A stretch of DNA of 64,000 nt. Source: Pecten maximus. Lineage: Eukaryota. A model generated the notes under the pieces. The model saw only the letters and a list, made by a program, of their open reading frames with translations. It was not told where the DNA came from and ran no database searches. The stretch lies in the NCBI RefSeq assembly GCF_902652985.1, contig NC_047016.1:21142001-21206000 (forward strand), in the 5' to 3' direction. The position numbers and the translations under genes were made by a program. This document shows, one piece after another, positions 1-12,169 of the stretch; positions within the stretch are counted from its first letter, which is position 1; each line of letters begins with the position of its first letter.

Positions 1-3000
1 CGTATCTGTCTGTGACTGTGACGGGGGATATGCACCGTATCTATATGTGTCTGTGACGGGGGATTTGTACCGTATCTATCTGTGACTGTGACGGGGGATC
101 TGTACCGTTTCTGTCTGTGACTGTGACGGGGGATCTGTGTCGTATCTGTCTGTGAATGTGACGTAGGATTTGTGTCGTATCTGTCTGTGACAGTGACGGG
201 GGATCTGTACCGTATCTGTCTGTGACTGTGATGAGGGATCTGTACCGTATCTGTCTGTGATTGTGACGTCGATATGTGTCGTATCTGTCTGTGACTGTGA
301 CGGGGGATGTGTGTCGTATCTGTCTGTGACTGTGACGGGGGATCTGTGTCGTATCTGTCTGTGACTGTGACGGGGAATATGTACCGTATCTGTCTGTAAC
401 TGTGACGGGGGATCTGTACCGTATCTGTCTGTGACTGTGACGGGGGATCTCTGTCGTATCTGTCTATGACTGTGACGGGGGATCTGTACCGTATCTGTCT
501 GTGACTGTGACGGGGGATCTGTACAGTATCTGTCTGTGACTTTGACGGGGGATCTGTACCGTATCTGTCTGTGACTGTGACGGGGGATCTGTACCGTATC
601 TGTCTGTGACTCTGATGGGGGATCTGTGTCGTATCTGTCTGTGACTGTGACGGGGGATCTGTACCGTATCTGTCTGTGACTGTGACGGGGGATCTCTGTC
701 GTATCTGTCTATGACTGTGACGGGGGATATGTACCTTATCTGTTTATGACTGTGACGGGGGATCTGTACCGTATCTGTCTGTGACTGTGACGGGGGATCT
801 GTACCGTATCTGTCTGTGACGGAGGATCTCTGCCGTATCTGTCTATGACTGTGACGGGGGATATGTACCGTATCTGTCTGTGACTGTGGCGGGGGATCTG
901 TACCGTATCTATCTGTGACTGTGACGGGGGATCTCTGTCGTATCTGTCTGTGACTGTGACGGGGGATCTGTACCGTATCTGTCTGTGACTGTGACGGGGG
1001 ATCTGTACCGTATCTGTCTGTGATTGTGACGTCAATATGTGTCGTATCTGTCTGTGACTGTGACGGGGGATGTGTGTCGTATCTGTCTGTGACTGTGACG
1101 GGGGATCTGTGTCGTATCTGTCTGTGACTGTGACGGGGGATCTGTGTCGTATCTGTCTATGACTGTGACGGGGGATCTGTACCGTATCTATCTGTGACTG
1201 TGACGGGGGATTTGTACCGTTTCTGTCTGTGACTGTGACGGGGGATCTGTACCGTATCTGTCTGTGACTTTGACGGGGGATCTGTACCGTATCTGTCCAT
1301 GACTGTGACGGGGGATCTATACCGTATCTGTCTGTGACTGTGACGGGGGATCTGTACCAGATCTGTTCATGACTGTGACGGGGGATCTGTACCGTATCTG
1401 TCTGTGACTGTGACGGGGGATCTGTACCGTATCTGTCTGTGACTGTGACGGGGGATCTGTACCAGATCTGTTCATGACTGTGACGGGGGATCTCTGTCGT
1501 ATCTGTCTATGACTGTGACGGGGGATCTGTACCGTATCTGTCTGTGACTGTGACGGGGGATCTGTACCGTATCTGTCTGTGACTGTGACGGGGGATCTGT
1601 ACCGTATCTGTCTGTGACTGTGACGGGGGATCTCTGTCGTATCTGTCTATGACTGTGACGGGGGATCTGTACCGTATCTGTCTGTGACTGTGACGGGGGA
1701 TCTGTACAGTATCTGTCTGTGACTTTGACGGGGGATCTGTACCGTATCTGTCTGTGACTGTGACGGGGGATCTGTACCGTATCTGTCTGTGACTCTGATG
1801 GGGGATCTGTGTCGTATCTGTCTGTGACTGTGACGGGGGATCTGTACCGTATCTGTCTGTGACTGTGACGGGGGATCTCTGTCGTATCTGTCTATGACTG
1901 TGACGGGGGATATGTACCTTATCTGTTTATGACTGTGACGGGGGATCTGTACCGTATCTGTCTGTGACTGTGACGGGGGATCTGTACCGTATCTGTCTGT
2001 GACGGAGGATCTTTGTCGTATCTGTCTATGACTGTGACGGGGGATATGTACCGTATCTGTCTGTGACTGTGGCGGGGGATCTGTACCGTATCTATCTGTG
2101 ACTGTGACGGGGGATCTCTGTCGTATCTGTCTGTGACTATGACAGGGGATATGTACCGTATCTGTCTGTGACTGTGACGGGGGATCTATACCGTATCTGT
2201 CTGTGACTGTGACGGGGGATCTGTACCGTATCTGTCTGTGACTCTGACGGGGGATCTGTACCTTATCTGTCTATGACTGTGACGGGGGATCTGTTCCGTA
2301 TCTGTCTGTGACTGTGACGGGGGATCTGTGTCGTATCTGTCTGTGACTGTGACGGGGGATCTGTACCGTATCTGTCTGTGACTGTGACGGGGGATCTGTA
2401 CCGTATCTGTCCATGACTGTGACGGGGGATCTATACCGTATCTGTCTGTGACTGTGACGGGGGATCTGTACCAGATCTGTCCATGACTGTGACGGGGGAT
2501 CTGTACCGTATCTGTCAGTGACTGTGACGGGGGATCTGTGTCGTATCTGTCTGTGACTGTGACGGGGGATCTGTGTCGTATCTGTCTATGACTGTGACGG
2601 GGGATCTGTACCGTATCTATCTGTGACTGTGACGGGGGATTTGTACCGTTTCTGTCTGTGACTGTGACGGGGAATATGTACCGTATCTGTCTGTGACTGT
2701 GACGGGGGATCTATACCGTATCTGTCTGTGACTGTGACGGGGGATCTGTACCGTATCTGTCTGTGACTGTGACGGGGGATCTCTGTCGTTTCTGTCTATG
2801 ACTGTGACGGGGGATCTGTACCGTATCTGTCTGTGACTGTGACGGGGGATCTGTACCGTATCTGTCTGTGACTGTGACGGGGGATCTGTACCGTATCTGT
2901 CTGTGACTTTGACGGGGGATCTGTACCGTATCTGTCTGTGACTGTGACGGGGGATCTGTACCGTATCTGTCTGTGACTCTGATGGGGGGTCTGTGTCGTA

Positions 3001-6000
3001 TCTGTCTGTGACTGTGACGGGGGATCTGTACCGTATCTGTCTGTGACTGTGACGGGGGATATGTACCTTATCTGTTTATGACTGTGATGGGGGATCTGTA
3101 CCGTATCTGTCTATGACTGTTACGGGGGATCTGTACCGTATCTGTCTGTGACTGTGACGGGGGATCTGTACCGTATCTGTCTGTGACGGAGGATCTCTGT
3201 CGTATCTGTCTATGACTGTGACGGGGGATATGTACCGTATCTGTCTGTGACTGTGACGGGGGATCTGTACCGTATCTGTCTGTGACTGTGATGGGGGATC
3301 TCTGTCGTATCTGTCTGTGACTGTGACGGGGGATATGTACCGTATCTGTCTGTGACTGTGGCGGGGGATCTGTACCGTATCTGTCTGTGACTGTGACGGG
3401 GGATCTGTACCGTATCTGTCTGTGACTGTGACGGGGGATCTCTGTCGTATCTGTCTATGACTGTGACGGGGGATCTGTACCGTATCTGTCTGTGACTGTG
3501 ACGGGGGATCTGTACCGTATCTATCTGTGACTGTGACGGGGGATCTCTGTCGTATCTGTCTATGACTATGACAGGGGATATGTACCGTATCTGTCTGTGA
3601 CTGTGACGGGGGATATGTACCGTATCTGTCTGTGACTGTGACGGGGGATCTGTACCGTATCTGTCTGTGACGGAGGATCTCTGTCGTATCTGTCTATGAC
3701 TGTGACGGGGGATCTGTACCGTATCTATCTGTGACTGTGACGGGGGATCTCTGTCGTATCTGTCTGTGACTATGACAGGGGATATGTACCGAATCTGTCT
3801 GTGACTGTGACGGGGGATCTATACCGTATCTGTCTGTGACTGTGACGGGGGATCTGTACCGTATCTGTCTGTGACTCTGACGGGGGATCTGTACCTTATC
3901 TGTCTATGACTGTGACGGGGGATCTGTACCGTATCTGTCTGTGACTGTGATGGGGGATCTATACCGTATCTGTCTGTGACTGTGACGGGGGATCTGTACC
4001 GTATCTGTCTGTGACTCTGACGGGGGATCTGTACCTTATCTGTCTATGACTGTGACGGGGGATCTGTACCGTATCTGTCTGTGACTGTGATGGGGGATCT
4101 GTACCGTATCTGTCTGTGACTGTGATGGGGGATCTGTACCGTATCTGTCCATGACTGTGACGGGGGATCTATACCGTATCTGTCTGTGACTGTGACGGGG
4201 GATCTGTACCAGATCTGTCCATGACTGTGACGGGGGATCTGTACCGTATCTGTCTGTGACTGTGACGGGGGATCTGTGTCGTATCTGTCTGTGACTGTGA
4301 CGGGGGATCTGTGTCGTATCTGTCTATGACTGTGACGGGGGATCTGTACCGTATCTATCTGTGACTGTGACGGGGGATTAGTACCGTTTCTGTCTGTGAC
4401 TGTGACGGGGAATATGTACCGTATCTGTCTGTGACTGTGACGGGGGATCTATACCGTATCTGTCTGTGACTGTGACGGGGGATCTGTACCGTATCTGTCT
4501 GTGACTGTGACGGGGGATCTCTGTCGTATCTGTCTATGACTGTGACGGGGGATCTGTACCGTATCTGTCTGTGACTGTGACGGGGGATCTGTGCCGTATC
4601 TGTCTGTGACTGTGACGGGGGATCTGTACCGTATCTGTCTGTGACTTTGACGGGGGATCTGTACCGTATCTGTCTGTGACTGTGACGGGGGATCTGTACC
4701 GTATCTGTCTGTGACTCTGATGGGGGGTCTCTGTCGTATCTGTCTGTGACTGTGACGGGGGATCTGTACCGTATCTGTCTGTGACGGTGACGGGGGATCT
4801 CTGTCGTATCTGTCTATGACTGTGACGGGGGATATGTACCTTATCTGTTTATGACTGTGATGGGGGATCTGTACCGTATCTGTCTATGACTGTTACGGGG
4901 GATCTGTACCGTATCTGTCTGTGACTGTGACGGGGGATCTGTACCGTATCTGTCTGTGACGGAGGATCTCTGTCGTATCTGTCTATGACTGTGACGGGGG
5001 ATATGTACCGTATCTGTCTGTGACTGTGACGGGGGATCTGTACCGTATCTATCTGTGACGGGGGATCTGTGTCGTATCGGTCTATGACTGTGACGGGGGA
5101 TCTGTACCTTATCTGTCTATGACTGTGACGGGGGATATGTACCGTATCTGTCTGTGACTGTGACGGGGGATCTGTACCGTATCTGTCTGTGACTGTGACG
5201 GGGGATCTGTACCTTATCTGTCTATGACTGTGACGGGGGATCTGTACCGTATCTGTCTGTGACTGTGACGGGGGATCTGTACCGTATCTGTCTGTGACTG
5301 TGACGGGGGATCTGTGTCGTATCTGTCCATGACTGTGACGGGGGATCTGTACCGTATCTATCTGTGACTGTGACGGGGGATCTGTACCGTATCTGTCTGT
5401 GACTGTGACGGGGGATCTGTACCGTATCTGTCTATGACTGTTACGGGGGATCTGTACCGTATCTGTCTGTGACTGTGACGGGGGATCTGTACCGTATCTA
5501 TCTGTGACGGAGGATCTCTGTCGTATCTGTCAATGACTGTGACGGGGGATATGTACCGTATCTGTCTGTGACTGTGACGGGGGATCTGTACCGTATCTAC
5601 CTGTGACGGGGGATCTGTGTCGTATCTGTCTATGACTATGACAGGGGATATGTACCGTATCTGTCTGTGACTGTGACGGGGGATCTGTACCGTATCTATC
5701 TGTGACGGGGGATCTGTGTCGTATCGGTCTATGACTGTGACGGGGGATCTGTACCTTATCTGTCTATGACTGTGACGGGGGATATGTACCGTATCTGTCT
5801 GTGACTGTGACGGGGGATCTGTACCGTATCTGTCTGTGACTGTGACGGGGGATCTGTACCTTATCTGTCTATGACTGTGACGGGGGATCTGTACCGTATC
5901 TGTCTGTGACTGTGACGGGGGATCTGTACCGTATCTGTCTGTGACTGTGACGGGGGATCTGTGTCGTATCTGTCCATGACTGTGACGGGGGATCTGTACC

Positions 6001-7750
6001 GTATCTATCTGTGACTGTGACGGGGGATCTGTACCGTATCTGTCTGTGACTGTGACGGGGGATCTGTACCGTATCTGTCTATGACTGTTACGGGGGATCT
6101 GTACCGTATCTGTCTGTGACTGTGACGGAGGATCTGTACCGTATCTATCTGTGACGGAGGATCTCTGTCGTATCTGTCAATGACTGTGACGGGGGATATG
6201 TACCGTATCTGTCTGTGACTGTGACGGGGGATCTGTACCGTATCTACCTGTGACGGGGGATCTGTGTCGTATCTGTCTATGACTATGACAGGGGATATGT
6301 ACCGTATCTGTCTGTGACTGTGACGGGGGATACGTACCGTATCTGTCTGTGACTGTGACGGGGGATCTGTACCGTATCTGTCTGTGACTGTGACGGGGGA
6401 TCTGTACCTTATCTGTCTATGACTGTGACGGGGGATCTGTACCGTATCTGTCTGTGACTGTGACGGGGGATCTGTACCGTATCTGTCTGTGACTGTGACG
6501 GGGGATCTGTGTCGTATCTGTCCATGACTGTGACGGGGGATCTGTACCGTATCTATCTGTGACTGTGACGGGGGATCTGTACCGTATCTGTCTGTGACTG
6601 TGACGGGGGATCTGTACCGTATCTGTCTGTGACTGTGACGGGGGATCTGTACCGTATCTGTCCATGACTGTGACGGGGGATCTATACCGTATCTGTCTGT
6701 GACTGTGACGGGGGATGTGTGTCGTATCTGTTTGTGACTGTGACGGGGGATCTGTACCGTATCTGTCTGTGACTGTGACGGGGGATCTGTACCAGATCTG
6801 TCCATGACTGTGACGGGGGATCTGTACCGTACCTGTCTGTGACTGTGACGGGGGATCTGTACGTATCTGTCTGTGACTTTGACGGGGGATCTGTACCGTA
6901 TCTATATGTTATTGTGACGGGGGATCTGTACCGTATCTGTCTGTGACTGTGACGGGGGATCTGTACCTTATCTGTCTATGACTGTGACGGGGGATCTGTA
7001 CCGTATCTGTCTGTGACTGTGACGGGGGATCTGTACCGTATCTGTCTGTGACTGTGACGGGGGATCTGTGTCGTATCTGTCCATGACTGTGACGGGGGAT
7101 CTGTACCGTATCTATCTGTGACTGTGACGGGGGATCTGTACCGTATCTGTCTGTGACTGTGACGGGGATCTGTACCGTATCTGTCTGTGACTGTGACGGG
7201 GGATCTGTACCGTATCTGTCCATGACTGTGACGGGGGATCTATACCGTATCTGTCTGTGACTGTGACGGGGGATGTGTGTCGTATCTGTTTGTGACTGTG
7301 ACGGGGGATCTGTACCGTATCTGTCTGTGACTGTGACGGGGGATCTGTACCAGATCTGTACATGACTGTGACGGGGGATCTGTACCGTATCTGTCTGTGA
7401 CTGTGACGGGGGATCTGTACCGTATCTGTCCATGACTGTGACGGGGGATCTATACCGTATCTGTCTGTGACTGTGACGGGGGATGTGTGTCGTATCTGTT
7501 TGTGACTGTGACGGGGGATCTGTACCGTATCTGTCGGTGACTGTGACGGGGGATCTGTACCAGATCTGTCCATGACTGTGACGGGGGATCTGTACCGTAT
7601 CTGTCTGTGACTGTGACGGGGGATCTGTACGTATCTGTCTGTGACTTTGACGGGGGATCTGTACCGTATCTATATGTTATTGTGACGGGGGATATGTACC
7701 GTATCTGTCTGTTATTGTGACGGGGGATCTGTGTCGTGTATGTGACAGGC
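1..7750. repeat. 35-bp minisatellite/satellite array (consensus CGTATCTGTCTGTGACTGTGACGGGGGATCTGTAC), about 220 copies, running off the left edge
   Basis: Read directly. 29-bp deletion variants (often with GGAGG) are interspersed. Minus-strand ORFs repeat every 35 aa (3 x 35 nt). Confidence 0.97.
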
Positions 7751-7989
7751 ATATGGGGAGTCGGTCTATCTTGCCTATTTCGCAGTGGTAGAGATATATG
7801 AAAGTCATTTTAAAATTGCCTTTGTGTATATTAGTCTGCTACATTCATTCTCGATTTTTATTAGTCTTTTTAAAATCCATGTAAATTGATTTTGAAACTG
7901 ATCGATTACGTTTCATACCTATATACTTATTGATAATATTTAAACGTGTTTAAAAGCTCTACAACTTTGTTCGAAACTGCGTTCCCTAT

Positions 7990-8580
7990 GTTGTAAAAGT
8001 AGCGAATTGAATTATTTTGCCCTAAGCTGTGAATGCGTGGATTGATGGTTTACGGTGTAGCGGATAGCGAGCCAGACGGTTTCGGTAAATGTATGCTAAC
8101 AGCTTGTTTGGCGTTAGAGAGCATTAGCGACAATTTCATCAGCCGAGAGACCAATTTATGCTTTGACTAGTTATTACTTTAATCGGTTTGACAAGGCTCT
8201 CGATTCATTTGATTTTGAAAATTGGCATTTTCTCAGATTTTGTGTAAATAGAACAGGTTTCTTGTCTTTTTAGTCGAAAGTCAACACTCACTAGTAATTG
8301 AGTTGACAATACAAATTCGATAAGGGGGAAATAATAGCGCTATAATTATACCACATTTGGTTGGCTGATTCCACGAGTGTGTGTTAACCAAACATTTTCC
8401 AAGTACTTGGAGACAAAAGACGGATAGCTCATGTAATGTGACAAATATCGCGATTGAATTAGTTCTCGTAATTGCTAAAGGAAGGATTCCATCCGCCATG
8501 TCAAATCTCGTTAAATCTCGCCGGTTCGAGAACGGCATTGTGTGGCTCTGAAGCGATCGCTAAATGCGGCATTTGTAGCA
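7990..8580. promoter_or_regulatory. Candidate cis-regulatory module rich in homeodomain/TALE-type motifs
   Basis: Unique, relatively CpG-rich island between arrays with GATTGATGG, TTTACG/TTTATG, TAATTG (twice) and TGACA motifs. Function is inferred only. Confidence 0.3.
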
Positions 8581-9229
8581 ACTTTACATTTGATGTTAAA
8601 AAATGGGGGGAAGTAATAAAAAATGAAATGAATAAATAGTTAAAATGTGGAGCACTGTATTTGTACGTACACACGTCTGTTAACTATAGTTTAGGTAACA
8701 AGAACAGCGGTGGAACTTTTCAGTGCATTTAATCACTTGTATTTTGGACAATACCATTGTCAGTGTTTACAGTACCTCTGTCCATCCTGTATGTATTGCT
8801 GTTCTGGGGTACAAACAATAATAAAGTGATACTTTATATGGTATTTCCCCCATATAACCTCTATCTATTTGATGTATGCTTCTTAGGATATTTTTTCTAT
8901 GCATGTTTCCTAAGAATTCGGGTCATTACCGCTTTCAACAATAAACTTGACCAGCGTGCCTGTCAACTTTGTAACTTAATTGCATTTTGAAGTAGACACC
9001 AGTTATACTGTAGCTCAGATTTGTTAGAAGAATGACGATTTTCAACACCCGACAGTGACTTGTATATTGTGCTGTTCTGTTTACTCGCTACAGTACAGGT
9101 GTGTGATTTGTATCACATGTATAATATTACAAATTGTGTCATACAATTTGACGTATTAAATTCTACAAAGGACGATTGGCGTGATGCCTTTTTGTATACA
9201 GACCACGGTGTCCGATGTGATTCCGTAGA

Positions 9230-9830
9230 GCATGCGGGTTCCATTAACTAGCCCTATTATTTCACCCCTATCAACTTCACCAAGTTACGAAATATCAATT
9301 TCCGCAATTAATGCGATACCAGTATCTCATCAACCTCTCATTTAGTTAGCCATGGTTTGTTATATAAAATACGTGTTGTAGTACAGATTGTGTAGTGGTT
9401 AAAACGAATTTATCTTTAATAGGTATATTTTGTAGAAGTGTTGACGTCATTGATACAAATTGATGCCAACCCTTTTACTTTTCAATTTCACGGTAATTGC
9501 GCCTATTTAGAGAGAAAGAGGCCCCAACGAGAGCTTTAATAGTGAAATTACAACTTCAATTGTGAGGATAATATCTCAGCCCGAGGTAAAACCCGTCTGA
9601 AATGGACTTCGCAGGGGGTAAATCGGCGCTACCGGAATAGGCCAATTGCGCACGCAGAGAGGTTTTGAACATGCGCATTGGACCCTGAAAGTACCCGGGT
9701 TAGCAATTTATTGACGGGGTAAATTACAATGGTGCACGTGGAAGGATAAGAGAATTGTCGTTCCGAGGAATTAGCCTGTCAATAGGGGCCACCCTGATTC
9801 TATTTGTAGCTAGGATTTAAGTAATCCTGC
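9230..9830. promoter_or_regulatory. Candidate enhancer/promoter-like island
   Basis: Dense TAAT/ATTA/CAATTA motifs, TGACGTCA (~9443), TGTCA, and NRF1-like TGCGCACGCA and CATGCGCA (~9647-9677). GC and CpG are higher than in the flanks. Confidence 0.3.
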
Positions 9831-10059
9831 TGACAATATTATTTTATGGTTGCTGTGACTTGTATTAAATATCTGGCGATAGTGGAGAATAATAATATAG
9901 TTCTCTACATACCATAGTGTTAATTGGCATCTGTTGTAAAAAAAAGTCATTGACATTAATTATACATTCCTCGAATAATGTCTGGTGCGTTATATAGACC
10001 ATCTGAATCACAATTATATAGATTATATTAGAGTTAATGATAACAATATGTATTTAATT

Positions 10060-11150
10060 ATTAGGAAATATATTTAGACAGCGTTATTAAGACATATATT
10101 TAGGAGTATTATAAGGACATATATTCAGACAGTGGTATTATCACATATATCTAAACAGCGTTATTAGGACAAACATTTAGACAGTGTTATAAGGACATAT
10201 ATATTTAAACAGAGCTATAAGGACATACATTAAGACAGTGTTATTATAATATATATATAATATTTAAACAATGTTATAAGGACATACATTAAGACAGTGT
10301 TATTATAATATATATATAATATTTAAACAATGTTATAAGGACATACATTAAGACAGTGTTGTGAAGACATATATTTAGACAGCATTATTATAACATACAT
10401 TAAGACAGTGTTATTAAAACATACATTAAGACAGTGTTATTAAGACATACATTAAGACAGTGTTATTAAGACATACATTAAGACAGTGTTATTAAGACAT
10501 ATATTTAGGCAGTGTTATAAGGAAATACATTAAGACAGTGTTAATAAGACATACATTAAGACAGTGTTATTAAGACATATATTTAGGCAGTGTTATAAGG
10601 AAATACATTAAGACAGTGTTATTAAAACATACATTAAGACAGTGTTATTAAGACATATATTTAGGCAGTGTTATAAGGAAATACATTAAGACAGTGTTAA
10701 TAAGACATACATTAAGACAGTGTTATTAAGACATATATTTAGGCAGTGTTATAAGGAAATACATTAAGACAGTGTTAATAAGACATACATTAAGACAGTG
10801 TTATTAAGACATATATTTAGGCAGTGTTATAAGGAAATACATTAAGACAGTGTTAATAAGACATACATTAAGACAGTGTTATTAAGACATATATTTAGGC
10901 AGTGTTATAAGGAAATACATTAAGACAGTGTTAATAAGACATACATTAAGACAGTGTTATTAAGACATATATTTAGGCAGTGTTATAAGGAAATACATTA
11001 AGACAGTGTTAATAAGACATACATTAAGACAGTGTTATTAAGACATATATTTAGGCAGTGTTATAAGGAAATACATTAAGACAGTGTCAATAAGACATAC
11101 ATTAAGACAGTGTTATTAAGACATATACTTAGACAGGTTGATTAGGACAT
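10060..11150. repeat. 26-bp tandem repeat (ATTAAGACAGTGTTATTAAGACATAC) with a 78-bp three-monomer higher-order repeat
   Basis: The marker ATTTAGGC recurs at 10503, 10581, 10659, 10737, 10815, 10893, 10971 and 11049 (period 78). The left edge is degenerate. Confidence 0.95.
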
Positions 11151-11219
11151 ACCTTGTGATAGTGTTAGTAGGTTGATAAAACCATTTGAATTAATCAATT
11201 CTTATATAAAACGTTTTGG

Positions 11220-11240
11220 TTTTTTTTTTTTTTTTTTTTT
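11220..11240. repeat. poly(T) tract
   Basis: About 21 consecutive T. Confidence 0.9.
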
Positions 11241-12169
11241 ACTCAATGATAAGACTGTTCTGTGAAGCATTTGTAAATATGCAGTTATATCTTTTAAACA
11301 CACACACTGAAAACACTAAACTTGTATATTGATATAAATTCAGTGCACTTACAGTGTATTAATAAATAACTTTCAAACACATTCATGTTTAATTGATAGC
11401 AAGGTATTTGACACTGAGGGGAAGGGTTACCCAGTCAACCTCCTTTATCAATGATGTTTTTTTTTAATCTGTGAACACGTAACATTATTCTAGCAAATCA
11501 CAAAGCGTGAAAAAATTGCATTTTATAATAATACGGTTTATCGTAATTATGTAAATTTATTTCGGTTGATCATAATGATATATATTTTACCAGTGTCGGG
11601 GTGTACTATCATTGTTTACACTGTGTTAAGATTAGTTTAGCTTTCTTGTGAGAAGGGAGACAACTTTAACTCAGATTATTTGTACATCATATTTAATCGA
11701 CCTGCAAATTATCTCCCTTCAATGGTGTTTTCATTTCAATATAAATGATAAGATCTCTATAATGATAAGGACATTGTCTTAGTAGTTATCCAGGTATAGG
11801 TCACTACAGGTGACATACAATCAATACAAATGCATCCACTTAGTATCGTACATAACCAAAGTAAAAGATCTAACACGACCTAGAGACAGGAACATCAACA
11901 AGCGAAACATGTTCAAAGGGATATAACTACGGATGTCTTAAACACTTCGATCATGGTGACTTCAACTGGGATGGTTTCATACACCAGTTCACTACTGTAC
12001 AAAATACCGGTGTCTGATGGATTGTACATATATCTATGTATATATTTCAAATAAACATTTCAACATTTGTTTGTGAAAGTGTTACCAAAACAGATATTTA
12101 GTATCATCACAGTGTCAACTCTACGGCAAATTGAATGATTCTTACACTTAAATATCACAGTGAGGGACT

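Noticed and set aside
736-7752. Minus-strand ORFs of 82-266 aa (TDTVQIPRHSHRQIRYRSPVTV...)
   Set aside because: They are translations of the 35-bp satellite. All frames give the same cyclic peptide, with no splice or domain evidence.
11840-12100. Possible decayed retroelement or hammerhead-like fragment (CTGATGG...GAAA)
   Set aside because: The catalytic core and stems could not be assembled convincingly, and no family could be assigned without a database search.
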